64,000 bases of DNA from Octopus vulgaris (GCA_951406725.2 OX597815.1:310001-374000); one strand, 5' to 3'. Counted from the first letter of the stretch, positions 42,776 to 57,320 are shown. The notes: a model not told the origin generated them from the letters alone. A program made the numbers and translations.

Positions 42776-44068
42776 TTGGGTTGGCAACTAAGTTCCCACC
42801 ATTTTTTAAATAAAAATTTTTTAAAAGGTTTAATAAAAAATAACAACTAATTAATCAATAATGTATTCACCCTTGTTGTTTACAACTTCTTCCCAACGTT
42901 TGACAAGATTTTCAATATCTTGTTGGTAGAAATCCTCCAATTTCAGCTTGAAAAATTTATCCAACCAAGCTCTCAATTCTGCATCAGTATTGAATGAAAC
43001 TCCACACATAGCATTTGAAAGAGATCGAAAGAGGTGGAAATCCATTGGTGCCAAATCAGGAGAGTACAGTGGGTGTGGTAGCACTTCCCAGCCATGTGTT
43101 TGAATGGCTTCCTTGGTCATATTGGTGATATGAGCATGGGGGTTGTCATGCAGCAGAAGAACTCCATGCCGCCGATTAGGTCTTTTCTCTTGAATAAGCC
43201 ATGTTGAGTTATTCCATGTGTTGAACATAGAGTTCCATGTTGACCGTTTGGTTCCATTCAAGCAATTCGTAATGGATAATCCCTTCCCAGTCCCACCATA
43301 TGCACAACATCGGTTTATGCGGATGAAGATCTTGTTTCATGTGCGGTGTCGCTTGTTTACTGGGGCTAAGCCATTCCTTACGCTGCTTCATATGGATGTA
43401 CAGGCACCATTTTCTGTCACCAGTAATGATTCGATAAAGAAATCGTTGCTTGTGTCCATGAGTTGAGCGGTGACGAGGAAGCAAACCAGCGGAGATTCTG
43501 GCTCGTTGATTTTTGTTGTTGTCACTTAAAGCATGCGGAACCCATGCTCCATACTTCTGAAACTTTCCCATCGAGTGAAGATGCTTCTCTATAGCAGTGT
43601 GGGAGCATTCCATTTTCTCTGCCAGTTCCCTTGTCGTTTGACGAGAATTTTTGTGCAAAAGTTGGTTTAATCACTCTTCATCGAACTCAACTCAACGGCC
43701 ATAACGAGGTGCATGTTTGAGGTAAAAATTTCCATTTTTGAACATGGCACACCAATCATGAGCAGTTCTTTCAGCTATGGCACCCTCTCCAAAACACAGC
43801 ACAAATGTCACGAGCATCTTTTGTGGCCTTAGAACCTTGATTAAAAGCAAAAAGAAGGAGGTGTTGAAAATGCTCATTTTTCTTAACTTTACATTCCATT
43901 TTAATGATCTGAAAATAAGCAAAAATTAAAATTAACTAGAAAAAAACAACAAAATAGATTCCAAAATGATTCAAAAATAGAATTCTTGAAAAAAATAAAT
44001 TCCAAAATTTCAAAATGCAGTAAATGCCAAAATTTAAAAAAACGGCAGGAACTTAGTTGCCAACCCAA
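42776..44068 (-). mobile_element. Full-length decayed mariner (D,D34D)
   Basis: TIRs ttgggttggcaactaagttcc; TA on the right, mutated on the left. Motifs WVPHAL, IITGDRKWCLY, LLHDN and YSPDLAPMDFHLF. Confidence 0.92.
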
Positions 44069-44145
44069 TAGTTTGCATAAAAGGAAAAGAAAACACAATA
44101 TTCCATCCAAAAATAAAAGTATTTTAAAACCTCAAAATAATGTCA

Positions 44146-44252
44146 TCAGATCAAGATTGGAGCCTGGTGCAGCCATCTGGTTCACCAGACCTCAGTCAAA
44201 TCGTCCAACCCATGCTAGCCTGGAAAGTGGACGTTAAACGATGATGATGATA
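44146..44252 (+). mobile_element. Short RTE tail
   Basis: Terminal ~105 bp of the family tail with (GAT)n. Confidence 0.8.
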
Positions 44253-44254
44253 AT

Positions 44255-44981
44255 GGTTGGGGGATAACAGTTTATTCAAAGAAGCAAACCTCAGCTTCCA
44301 ACATGGTCCCAAGACCACTCCAGAACCTGGTGCATGCGTTCTTCCTTTGGAAGATCTTTGAACCTCTCCTTGATCTTGGTCCCAGCTTGGCCTTGGCATT
44401 GCAGACACAGCAATTGGTGTCTTTCTCAACCACGGTCCCATACAACCAGGGGAATTAGGAAACCAGAAATTGAGGCTGAAGTCATGGATGTTCTCTGACA
44501 ATAACTTCTGACTCTTTCTAGTGATATGACAAGGCACTGGATCATGCCACCACACATATGACCTTCCAGTGGCAACCCTCTCCAGCTAGGGTTTGACCAC
44601 AGTCTCTAGCAGCTTCACATAACCATCTGAATTGAGCCACAGCCATGTTCAAAGATGTTGTGTGTCATTGGAGACACACCCAAAAACCATCATAGTTTTA
44701 GGGGAACTTGATTTTCATGTTATGTCTTAACCTTTACAGCATTCACAGAGCCTTGAGCAGCAGTCATGATGTCAGCATTTTGACACCCAGCATGAATCCT
44801 GATACAGGCTACTATTTTCCAATATTCAAATGGCTTCCAGTCCTCCATGACAACTAACTTTTCCTCGACTACAACTTCAATCTTCATGATCTCTGATGCT
44901 GTTAACTGTTCACCAATATACCAAGCTATTTCTGAAAAAAAAAAGACAAATAAAATTGTCGAATTTAGTTTGAACACCCTG
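44255..44981 (-). mobile_element. Decayed maT/DD37D-type element, second copy
   Basis: gaacaccctg|TA terminus; HDPVPCHI...NFWFPNSPGC. Confidence 0.72.
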
Positions 44982-45678
44982 TAATGTAAGATTTTATGCT
45001 TTTTGTGTTTAAGGAATCAATGTTGTTTAATCCCTGGTCATCCATGAACAGACAGATCTATGATCAGACATACCTGCCATGGCCATCCAAACAGCTCATA
45101 TATATGTGTGTGGGTGTATATATATATTATACAAGGACAATGCTCTACTAATTGCATAAAAGACTATAACCATTCCCTCTTAAATGTACTTTGTAAAATT
45201 AGATTCTTCATAGTTTTAATCTCTGTCTCTCTCTTTCAGCACTAATGCCACCAATACCTAACTTTAACACCAAAAAGGTAAATTTTCTCCCTGTTACTTT
45301 AGACCTAGCTATTAACCTATGTTTTCTTTACCACAGATGAAATGACAGTTTACACTGCCTCAATTATCCAGTCCTCCTCAATCAGTAATAGATAATGTAG
45401 TTTGAAATATTTTCTCATAGAATTTCTTGGCAAATGAACAGATTTTTAACAGCTGTGCTGAATATTAAATTGAGACACTGGAAAAGATAAGAATGGCATT
45501 GAGTAGAAGACCAGCGAACCTCTCCATTCCATGCACATCCCCACAGTGACAAAAAAGTGGAATCTAAAAACCATCCGTACATAATACTAAACTTAGATTT
45601 ACAGCTGATCCTGAAAAACAAATACAACACTCAGATAAGGATCAACAAGTAGTAGGTATCCAATCAAAACATTTTTAT

Positions 45679-46398
45679 CCCTTCAGCATTTAAGCCAGCC
45701 CCCTATCTACCAAAATATTCTACTTGTCTAATGCTCAAACTGACCAGATCCATCCTTTCACACAATATCCTACAATATCTTACTAAAAGTAAACAATCCC
45801 ATAATTGAAATCTCAAATCTACAAGATAATGCGTAAATAATTGAAATTGAAATCAAATTCGATGACTGAACCACATGACTGGCATCCGTGCCCGTGGAGT
45901 GCTAAGAGCTCCATCCAAGCGTGATCGCTACCAGGGCCACTGACTGGCTCCCGTGCCAGTGGCATGTAAAAAGTACCATTCAAGCGTAATTGTTACCAGC
46001 GTTGCCTTACTGGCACTTGTGCTGGTGGCATGTGAAAAACAACATTCGAGCGAGGTCATTGCCAGTGCCGCTGGACTGGCTCCTGTGCAGGTGGCACGTA
46101 AAAGACACCATTTGAGCGTGGCTGTTGCAAGCACCACCTCCTGACTGGCCTTTGTGCCGGTGGCACGTAAAAGCACCCACTACACTCTCAGAGTGGTTGG
46201 CATTAGGAAGGGCATCCAGCTGTAGAAACTCTGCCAGATCAGATTGGAGCCTGGTGCAGCCATCTGGTTCACCAGTCCTCAGTCAAACCATCCAACCCAT
46301 GCCAGCATGGAAAGCGGATGTTAAACGATGATGATTTGAATAATATGTGTATAAATAAGCATTACATTTGACAGAGAAATAAACTGAATGCTGAAGGC
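45679..46398. mobile_element. TTAA MITE interrupted by an RTE 3'UTR and tail (45848-46335, +)
   Basis: MITE halves match the 18083 copy. The insert matches 3508-3987 unit for unit. Confidence 0.78.
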
Positions 46399-47352
46399 TT
46401 ATAACACAGACATCTTAGGGCACAAAATCATAAATTAATTGTACCCTTCTGTACCCCACTGTTAGTCTTCTCCTTTCCTCTACCTCCCTCCCCCAAACCC
46501 ATCAATCTACAGTTGTCACCTACAATTCCCTACTAATCGTCCCTCAGCACTTGTTCTTCATTATATTCTCCCCCTCACACATTTCTTATTTCTAACCATC
46601 TCTCACACTCCCATAAGTTCTTGCAACCTCTACCACCTACCCACCCATACTACCTTTTTTTGTACCTCTACCCACTTTTACTCACCTCTGATCTTGAGGG
46701 CCCCCCCCTCCAACACCTCATCACTACCAGTTGTATTTCTCTCTCCAGCTCCACCCCCAGCCACTTTTAACTCTCTTCCGTGAGCAGACTTTGTGCTGTT
46801 GTCATTCTAGGGCACAAGACATGCTTTGTTCTGCTACCACTCTCCTCACATTGGCACTCCTCATTTCCAACATAAGGCCACCTCCCCACTCTCTACAGTA
46901 GCCCTGCACACTCGAACAGAGATTTTAGCCTTTCTGGCCTGCATACCAACCTCACTGGTGCCTGTGCCATGAAAGAGCTTTCAGTGTATGTTATTGCAGA
47001 AGACAGTCACCTAATGTGCCACGCAGTGGGACTGAACCCAGAACCATATGTTTGGGAAGCAAACTTCTTATCACACAACTATTTGTGCACCTTATTCTCA
47101 GCAAAATATTTCCTTCTAACCATAAGTTCCACAATATCTTCAGAAGAACATTAGATTTAACCGATTTAACCCAACAGAAAAGCATTAGATTTAACCAAAC
47201 CTATTTTAAGGCAATGCTCCAGCAGGGCCGCAGTCAAAATGACAAACAAACAAAAGATAAATGGCCAAATTCTCCTTCACAACCCAGCATATAACGTTAA
47301 CTTCTTAAAAAGTAACAAATACATCAAAAACCCTGCACTGAAAATGACTCTG

Positions 47353-47752
<400 letters not shown>

Positions 47753-47872
47753 ATACAGATACTGTCACAAACCCTAATCTAGATGGAAATCTTAACTTAC
47801 ACCCAGTGGCTGAATGTCTCTAGTTAATAGTTGGAATAGAGAAGATGAGCCATTAAACATTCAAGTTATTAA

Positions 47873-48095
47873 CCCTTTAGTATTCAGATTGTTCTGTCAA
47901 ATGTAATTAGCTTATGTAATCAAATTGTTTTGAATTAATCATGCAGAAACATTGTAGTATTGAAATTTTGAGGGTGTGATTGCTTATTCTTAGAATGACA
48001 TTGTAGGATAAGTGTGCAAAGCCAGATCTGGCCAGTTTGAGCATAAAACCAGTAGAATATTTGGGCCGGATGTGGCCGGTTTAGATGCTAAAGGG
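47873..48095. mobile_element. piggyBac-type MITE
   Basis: TTAA|CCCTTTAG ... CTAAAGGG|GTAA. Confidence 0.8.
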
Positions 48096-49179
48096 GTAAT
48101 TAGCTTTTTACAGAGACATACTTGCGTAGCCAGTGTTTTGATCTGAGATTGTGTGCTGAAGCTAAAGCAACTACAATGTGGAAGACGCAAATTAGCCATT
48201 CAGAAACACACAGAGATCGTTAACTTCACTTAAACTTTTAATAATAAGTATAATAACGATAAGAATGAAGCAAATAATCCTAACAGTAGACATCATAAGT
48301 CTAACTATTCTGTCAACAGTGAGACAACTAATTTGAGTCTCAATAATTAAAACTACACTAACAGCAGAAGCAGAAGCATACTTTGCCAGATAAATAAATT
48401 TTGACTCTCTAGTAGACAGATAAACAGCCTATCAAAGACTTGTATATGCTCTGATAATAAAAATATGCTAATATTCACAATATAAACATTAACACAGGAA
48501 TAAAAGAATATAAGTAATGATAAGAAAAATTCAACAACTCCAAACTTATGGAATTCTCAATCAAAACTTTACAGACCTGCAACTGTGGAATAACCAACAA
48601 TTATCCCCTGCAAGCTGTCTATTAAGCACAATGTTATATATAAAAGTAATATTTTGTTGGCAGATAACAATAGGCATTACATTGGTTCTATATGTAATAC
48701 ATTCAAGTGCAGTATTCTCTGGGCACAAATGTTGGAGGGTTTAAATCTAAAATACAATTCCAAGATTTTGCTTGTTTACTCAGTTGTGAATTTTTCCAAG
48801 GGTAATTCCTTATTTTAAGTTCTGAAAAGAAAAGAAAAATCAAAAGCGTGGAGAATCTGACTTATGACATTTTTAAATGCCCAGATATGAAGGGCCTAAA
48901 ATCTAAAGGGATCAGTTTTAGACTGCAATAGAGTATCATTGCAACAGCTTCTACATCCACAGGGGGAAAAAAAATCTTGTAGACTTTATAGAAAACCTTA
49001 AATACTTTTAACAGATAAAAAAAATTACTCACAGAAATGCGTGTGGTTTCTTGTAAATATAAACTTCTCAAATCTTTCCATTTTTATAAGTTCTTATAAA
49101 AGAATAGTCAAACCCCAGTTAACTTGAACAGAAATATTTTATCCATGAATTGAAAACAAACTATATCAATACTTCAATT

Positions 49180-50860
49180 ACAAGGATGCTGTCAGTAAGG
49201 TGAGAGATAGCAATGAGTATTACAATGGGCTCGGCTCTCAGTGCCCTCTTCTTTATAATCGTCCTCCAACCCACAATAGAGGAGTGTAAGACTGGTTGCC
49301 TGATGGAATTTCCAATTCTACAACAGATTCAGCTATAGGGACAAGGTTATCAGCATAAAGGGACTCCAAGTGTGGAAGCAAAACCTGGAATCAAAGGGCC
49401 TTAAAATTAAGTAAGCAGAGACTAAAATTCTTGTAAGTAGGAACATAGACAGTATTATAATTGCTTCAAGTAAATGACACTGCTCAATATGTAGAAAGGG
49501 TATAAACAGAAATTCCATATGGTGAACCAAGCCAACTGTGGCCACATAAAAGGTGCAGTGAAATCACAAGAAGGTAAACAGAGAAAGAAGACTTTGTGTG
49601 TGACAGATGTGCAGGAACAATAAAGACTAAGAGCTCAGGAAATAAGGTTTCCTTGAATTCTCAGGAGGCTCTCTTGTGGTTGAAGATAGTTTCTGTTACC
49701 TAGGTGACAGCCAAATTAGCAATGGTGGAGGATGCTCTGAAAGCATAGCTGCAAGAATAAGAACTGGCTGGAGAAAGTTCGGAGAGCTGTTACCTCAGTT
49801 GGTAGCAAAAGGCCTTTCTTTCAGAGTGAAAGGCAGATTGTGTGATGCTTGTATAGAAGCAGCTGTGCTACATGGCGGTGAGATATGAGCTGTGAATGCA
49901 GAGGTCATGTGGAGACTAGCATATTTCTGCTTGTGCAACAAAGTGTGAAAATATTGAAAATGGACGTAAGAGGCATCAAATATGGTATGCAAGAAAGAAG
50001 ACTGTGCTGATATTGTTGTGATGTGTATTTGTGAGGACAGGTGCATGGAGAAGAGGGTAACCCAGTAAAATGTGGGACAAAGTGGTGAGTTTCATGGAGG
50101 AGGTGACAAAGGATTATGATTGAGAAGACCTGTCCATCTAAGCAAATATATGACCTTAAAAGTAAATCATTTCTGTTTATTCTCTTGTAGCCAGTCTGTT
50201 CCTGATGAATCTCTCCCCTGCACCTTATTCTAGCATCAACCGTTTTGTCACTCTTTGACTATGGCACTGTTCACTCAGATCACACATACTTCATCCTTTT
50301 ACCTCTCATCTGCCTTAGAACCACTTCCTTAGTCTCAGTATCATCCTTACCGCTTTATTTTCCATTGAATGCTTATCTTGCCCACAACAGCCCCCCACCC
50401 CCTATTACCTTTATCTCCCTCCCACTATTTTCACTCTTATGTACTTCTGACTTCATCCCTAGCACTGTACATCTCCCTCACACATTTCATATCCTATATG
50501 CTTCCACGTAATACCTCCCTGCCACCCTCTAATTTTCTCCACCTTCCCTTCCAACTGGGGTGACCCTGTATCTCCCCCCCCCCCGTCAGCAAGACACTTG
50601 TTTCTCTATCATACTTTGACCCCTCATCTTGCCTGGCATAAAGCTACCTCCCTCAATACTACAGCCTCTTCAGTTGAAGGCTCTTGGCTTGTAAGTTATT
50701 TGGCAAACTCACTGGTGCCAGTGACACAGAAAAAGCATCCAGTACACTCTGAAAAGTTGTTGGAATTAAGGACATCTTGTCATAGAAACTATGCAAAACC
50801 AGATATTGGAGTTTGGTACAATCTTTTGGCTGGCCAGCTGCTGTTAAATTGTCCAATACT
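49180..50860 (+). mobile_element. Old RTE LINE with a long pyrimidine-rich 3'UTR
   Basis: DSFCYLGD...IAARIRTGWRKFGELLP, a CT-rich stretch at 50200-50640, then a degenerate tail. Confidence 0.75.
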
Positions 50861-50869
50861 TCAGATTCT

Positions 50870-51345
50870 GATAATTTTATATGTGCGTATGTTTGAAAAA
50901 ATGAGTACAGATGGCTTCTTTTTTTTTAATTTTAATTTTAATAATAATGTTGTTCACAGTGAATGACTCTGGTATGAGTTTCAAGCTTCAAATAACTGTT
51001 TTCAAATTGAAAAAACGTGTTTTACAGGTTGCTTAAATAGCAACAAAATGTTGTCTTACAAGTATACACTCAAAAGAATATATACACAAAGAAGGGAAAA
51101 TATATTTAAAAAAATACAAAAGCATGTGTGTATAAGGAGAAAAAAGAAGAAGGGGGGGAAAATATAGAAATAAAGATAAGACTAATAACAATTGATAAAC
51201 AGAGGAAGAATGAGAGCTAAGTCTAAGAATAAAGAAATGGAATAGTTTGGAGTGGTTAATATTGTTGTGAATTGTCAAAAGATGACCAGTGGGGTGCCTA
51301 CTGATTTGAGGTCACTTATTCATTCTCACATATGGTATAGTGTAT
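50870..51345. repeat. Unclassified repeat; inverted homologue at 61395-61970
   Basis: Shared blocks such as ttgtgaattgtcaaaagatgaccagtgggg and cctactgatttgaggtcac. Confidence 0.75.
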
Positions 51346-51420
51346 GTGTATATAGATATATATGTATATAAACATAAACACAAACATATATATACACACA
51401 CATATATACATACACACACA

Positions 51421-51905
51421 CAGAGACCTGACAAGTAAATAGACACTCTTATAATCATTAAAATTTATTTAAATCTGAAATTATTTATTATTACAGGAAT
51501 ATCTAGCATGTAGGGGACATGCCCATTGCATTTTTCAATGCAAGCACCCTATTAGGCATGCTATAGATCAGAAGATGAATATTCTCTTGAGGAATTTCAT
51601 GCAGTTATTTCAGGAGATCTGGCTTTGAAGATGCTTTCTTGTTCTTTTTATGAAGTATCCTGTCCATTATGCCCCAGAGGTTTTCAATAGGGTTCATATC
51701 TGGTGACTGGTTTAGCCATGGACGCTTTTTAATGCTTCCAACCAATCTTGGATGATTTTAGCCGTGTGACAAAGAGCCCCATCTTCCATAAATAAACAGT
51801 CTTTAATCATTTCACCACCGGAGAAGATTGGAGGGAGTCCTTTCTGCAGTATGGACACATTTATAAGAGCTTATGTTTCCCTCACACTCCACCAGATCTT
51901 TTCAG
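51421..51905 (-). mobile_element. Tc1 (DD34E) transposase C-terminal relic
   Basis: FMEDGALCHTAK ... WLNQSPDMNPIENLWG on the minus strand. Confidence 0.75.
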
Positions 51906-51914
51906 CCTCCAAAG

Positions 51915-52145
51915 GTCTCAGTCACTTGTCATTCCTCTGTGAGGCCCAGCATTCGAAGGTTGTGCTTCACCACCTCATCCCATGAGTTCCTGGGTTTACC
52001 TCTTCCACAGGTTCCCTCCACTGTTAGGGTGTGACTCTTCTTCACACAGCTGTCCTCATTCATATGCAACACATGACCATACCAGTGCAGTCGTCTCTCT
52101 TGCACATCACATCTGATGCTTCTTATGTTCAGCTTTTCTCTCAGC
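51915..52145 (-). mobile_element. RTE RT C-terminal fragment
   Basis: RRLHWYGHVLHM...GRGKPRNSW. Confidence 0.85.
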
Positions 52146-52479
52146 AATTTTCACACGCATAGTTGGAATAAACGAAGTGAAATAAGGATTGCACCTTACC
52201 TATACAAAATTGCAAGAATGAGTGTAAACTTGATAGCATGATTTTGAATTTAGTACCAAAATACGATTCTCTTCAGCCAATCCTGCTAGTAACAAACTCA
52301 TGTCTCACATCAATCAATGCCTGTGTTCGTTTCAGTGCTCAAGCTGCATTTAGAAAAGGAAACTAAGTGAATACGATTTTTTATAAAAATGATGATGATG
52401 ATGATATATAAAGAACATTAATACTCATGAGAGATATTAATGTTAGTGGCTGCAAGCTAAAACCATACGGACAAAATTA

Positions 52480-52511
<32 letters not shown>

Positions 52512-52512
<1 letters not shown>

Positions 52513-52993
52513 CGAAATCGATCAATGGAAATTGCGGATGTGCTACCAGTGCCGGTGGCATGTCAAAACTCTGCTTGTGAAGACCCGTTGAGGCAAGTGA
52601 GGATCAGAATCGAAATCGATCAATGGAAATTGCAGATGTGTTACCAGTGCCGGTGGCATGTAAGAGAACTTTCCGTTTCGCGACCGTTGCCAGCACCGCC
52701 CCGTTTTGTGTCCGTTGCCAGCCTCGCCTGGCCCTCGTGCCGGTGGCACATAAAAAGCACCATCCGTTCGTGGCCGTTTGCCAGCTCTGTCTGGCACCAG
52801 TGCGGGTGGCACGTAAAAAGCACCCACTACACTCACGGAGTGGTTGGCGTTAGGAAGGGCATCCAGCCGTAGAAACACTGCCAGATTTGACTGGGCCTGA
52901 TGAAGCCTTCTGGCTTCACAGACCCCAGTAGAACCGTCCAACCCATGCTAGCATGGAAAACGGACGCTAAACGATGATGACGATGATGATGAT
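52512..52993 (+). mobile_element. Young RTE 3'UTR and tail flanked by TA repeats
   Basis: Same tail variant as 17350-17566, with fewer array units. Confidence 0.88.
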
Positions 52994-52999
52994 ATATGA

Positions 53000-55330
53000 T
53001 CTAGCTGAGCACTGGAGAAACTCACTTGATGCAAGCTACATTCCTGATAATTTTCTTTCCCAGTCTGTTGTTTCAGTCTTCAAAAAGGTCGATGTATTCC
53101 ATCGTAACTGCCTCGCTGGTTATAAGTGAGGTGGCAAAGAAGTCCACTGGTTCGTTCACTTGTCTGTGTTCCAATGAAGTGGTAAAGACACTTTTGAACT
53201 GGTCATTCAGTACCTCACTGATCCTGGTTGGACTGTCTGTGAGGAAGCTATCCTTTTGGAAGAGGGTCCTATCTTGCAGTGTACTGAGGCTGTTTCTTTG
53301 GCATAATGAAAGAAGGCCTTTGGGTTTGACTTAATGTTTTTTATAACTCAGGCTTCTTTGTCTGCTATTTCCCTCACATAGGATTGTTGTAGGCTTTCTT
53401 CAATTTCCATCAGTGTTGTTTTTAGGCAGGACATTTTGCTACCTTTGAAATGTTGGTTGAAGGGATTTGCAACCTTTGTCTGTCGTCTCATGAGGGTCTT
53501 CTCGCTGCCTTGGAATCTTGTTCCTTTTTGTGTTGGCCTTACGCCATGGGACATATTTCTGGCATACGGTTTGCATAACACACGTGAAATATTCTAGTTT
53601 CATGCCAATGTCTGGCGTGGAGAGACATTTTGGCCAGTCCTGTCTGCAGATCGATTTCCAGTCTGCTTTGTGGAAGTTCAGATTGGAGAGATTTTGGGTT
53701 CTTCCTTTAGGCTGTATGTCTGGCTACTTTTGGTCCATACATAGACAGCTCTATTATGTTGTGATCCAAAACTAATGCTGGTGTCACTTCCACATCATGA
53801 ACAATGTCCATATTGTTTGTAAAGCAGAGATCCAAAATGTTATTCGCCCAAGTTGGTCTGAGTACAACTTGCTCCATTAAATAGGGCATTGGTGAGGTTG
53901 AGCAGGGACTCCACCTGTGCTTGTTTGCAATGAGTCATTCCTGAGAGCATGAGGCCATTGGGCTATTTGACGTTGGGGAAGTTGAAATCATCCATAAGAA
54001 ATACACTCGTGGTGTTCCATTTTCATGAGGATCTCTTTAATTCTTGTGATGCAATCTTCAACCTTGCCTATGTGGTTTGGAGAATCCAGTGGGCAATGTG
54101 TATTGCATATGACTATATTGTGGTGTCTTATGTATACAATTAGTGTCACATACTGAAACTGAGTATGACAGTAAGACCTGGGGCACGAGGTCTTCACAGA
54201 TGTATACAGCAACTTCATCACGGCTCCTTTCCCATCTGTCTGTTCACAGTATGGTATATTTTGGTATGTGTACTTCTACATTCTCTATATCAGAGCTCAG
54301 ATGAATTTCCCCGAATGCTATGCACAGGGCTTGATTGCATGCAGCAAGGTCTCTCAGGAAACAAATTTTGCTTTTGTTGTGATGCAACAGGCCTCCAATA
54401 TTTAGTAAAAATATACTGGCGTGATGACTGTACAGGCGTTAATGGAGGCCATCCCATGTCTGTTGATTGTGGTGATCTTTCGCAATGGCAGGCAAGAGTC
54501 TTTGTTTGCACTTGATGTAGCCAGGTCACCTGCTGCACAATCTTTTGCGCCATGCACAATAAAGACTCTTGCTTAACTGCTTCCTTGCGTATAACATCTG
54601 AAGAGAGCACTACATTTATGTTTTTTCTTTGGAGGTAATTGGTGCCTTTCCTCAGGGAAGTATTTCTATTAAGGCCCCTGTATTTTGGTGGGATCTCGGG
54701 TGACCAAGTGGCAGTTTCTACTGTCTTCCCCATACCAACATTTGCCTTGCAGGTCCTCGAGTTCACTCCAAATGTCTTCTCTCCTCTAGGGTTTCGGATT
54801 CCATTGGAGCCTCCATATTTGAGTTTTTTGTTTGGTGGTTTGGGGTTTCGGTTTTAGTTATTTCATTTTTTTCCTTTTCCTCCCCCCCTTCCTTCTTTAT
54901 GTTTGTGCTCGTGTTCTTTCCTTCCTATTCTTGTGGTAGCACTTGCGTTCCTCTGGTTGTCCAATGGGGGAGGACTGTGTTCCTTTGTAGGACCAGTGGC
55001 ACTGAGGGACTTCTGGTTGTTGCTTCTTTAGCTTCCCTATCAGCCTGGTCGTACTCAGGGATGGGGAATCCATTCTTTTGAGGAACCACTGGATCAAAGA
55101 GACTTCTGGTGTTTGCTTTGTTTTCCCTATCCTTATAAGCCTTGCCACAGTAGTTTTCCGTGATGACATCAAGAGTGTCAATGTGTGCTCTAATAAGAGC
55201 ATAGAATTGGATGAATTCATTTTTCTTCCGCTCTATCTGCTTAAGGGTTCTACAGAAGCCATTGTTCTTCAATGTAACAGTGATAGTGTTGTTTGGCGGA
55301 TCACCGCTAGTGATTGTCTATACTTGCAAC
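53000..55330 (-). mobile_element. 5' part of a CR1/L2-group-like LINE (ORF1-like region plus APE endonuclease); RT absent
   Basis: DDFNFPN and RPTWANNILDLCFTNN...LDHNIIEL endonuclease motifs; broken upstream ORF. Clade assignment is tentative. Confidence 0.65.
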
Positions 55331-55925
55331 AGAAGATTCAGTTCTTTGCTCTCCCACTTTAGTGCCATCTTTGTTTTTTGAGCCCAGAGGGGGAGGGGAT
55401 AGAGAGGAAGTGAGAAAGAGGAGATATGAAGAAAGAGAAAGTGGGTATGGAGCGATAGAGAGACAGAAGAGGGGAAGAGAAAGAGAGAATGAAGGATGTG
55501 AGGGAAAGGGAGAGACAGAATGAGAAGAGTATATGAAGGAGAGGGATGTAGATAGAGACAAAGTAAAGGAGGGAGAGAAGACAAAAAGTGGGAGGTATAA
55601 AACAGAAGTAGATGTAGAGAGACAAAGGGAGGGAGAGAGAAGTGGGAAAAGGAGGAAGGTATGAAAGAGGGGAGGAGCAGGTAACTCTTCAGCAACTCTC
55701 AGCGTGAAAAAATGTTTCCTAAAGTCATGGGAGCTGTGCTGTTTTCTGACTTTGTAAATATGTCCACGGGTGTTAGACAGGTGGAGTTTGAAAAGGTGCT
55801 CAGTTATTGTATGAAGAAGTTTAGTTTTCTAAAAAAATCCTGTTACACCTGGCTGCAAATGAAAGTATGATTTATCACCACATGCTTTCTTTGAGAATAA
55901 CTCTGGCTTGCGTCACTGACTTTAA

Positions 55926-57009
55926 CCCTTTCGTTACCAAACCGCCCAAAGCCGCCCGAAAAAATTTTGGTTAATGTGACCAAACCGCCCAAACCCACCC
56001 GTATTTACCTATTCATATTTAAATGAGAATATCAGAGCAAATCTCTTTAGTACATTTGTGAAAACACGTATTATACTTTGTAAACAGTTCAACTACAGTT
56101 TTGTACAACAATCGAAGTGTAATTCTAATTCCGTGAATTTGGGGAAATTTTTTTCTGAAATTTTTTCCTATTGTGTTTTCAAAATTTGTAATTCTGACAA
56201 AAAATGGATACAAATTTCATTATATCAAGCAGCGAGTCAGAATTCGAAGGATTTTCTACTGAAGACCTTCATAAATCTAATTCTATGACTGAAAAAAAAA
56301 AGCACGTGGTATGTGATAATGAATCTGATGTTTCATTTTCCGAAAGTGAAAACAGTGAATCCGAGAGCTCCGACAGCGATAAAGAAAATGAATTGGCACC
56401 TGAATGAAGTGAAAATTTTAAAACTGTTTCTTTCGGTGATTTTTCTGAAGAAACTGGACCAAGCCACAGACTTTCCCAGGAGAGTAAAGCCTTAGACTAT
56501 TTCTTTTACTTTTTCGAATGAGCCTAATTGAAATCATTACGGCGGAAACGAACTGTTACGCTAAATGTAAACAAAGCGAAAGAAAGGATAGTTAGTGGTT
56601 TCCCACAACCTTAAATGAAATTAAGACTATTTTGCCATAAATATTATTATGGGTATCAGAAAGTTACCCAGAATAACAAATTCTATCATAAAATTTTGTT
56701 GTATACCCAATTGAATATTAGCTAATAACCCATTTTCTATAGCGATGTTTGAACAAAATTTTAATAATTTTATATTTTGTTGAATTTACCTGTATCTACC
56801 TGCAAATAGAGTCACTTTGTGACAAAAATTATAGTATAGAATTGGTTGAGAACATTTCATTAAATTATCTTCCAAAATTCACGTTAATATATTGATAAAT
56901 AAAAAAGTTATAGTTGTTTAATGAAACCAGACTAACTTTATGATTATGTTAGAAATTAATTGTAACACATAAGGGGTGTATTTTGGTCAGAAATATAGTA
57001 ACGAAAGAG
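55926..57009 (+). mobile_element. piggyBac internal-deletion derivative (PGBD4-like N-terminus)
   Basis: TTAA|ccctttcgttacca ... tagtaacgaaagag|TTAA. Acidic N-terminus SESEFEGF from 56204, then ETNCYA, WFPTTLNEIK and IIMGI remnants. Confidence 0.88.
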
Positions 57010-57320
57010 TTAATGTAATGTATTAAACTTTTTGTGTAATATATTCATTTTTTTACCATTATATTATAGTAGACCTTTATGAAATAACAAGTACTACGTT
57101 TTCTGTCAGTTTTAGTAGATTTTTCGTCAATTTAGGGAATCTTTCAGGAGCACGAAAAGCATGAATGGGAACGTGAAACTCTGAGTAACAATTTTGTGAT
57201 ATTTTTGCTGCTTTTTGATAAAAATATTTTGGCTATTTAAATAAGAGGTTTCACTGATATGTCCAGCAGGTAGGCATACTTAGTATGTCGTTTTATTCAT
57301 TTTAATCCTTCAGCTATATA

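Noticed and set aside
52897-52920. CTGATGA followed by a hairpin (also ~17479), suggesting a hammerhead in the RTE tail
   Set aside because: No GAAA follows the stem, and most copies read CTGGTGCA at this position.
55314-55695. ORFs over purine-rich tracts (also 33860-34500 and 60965-61282)
   Set aside because: Low-complexity GA-rich sequence with no splice or homology support.
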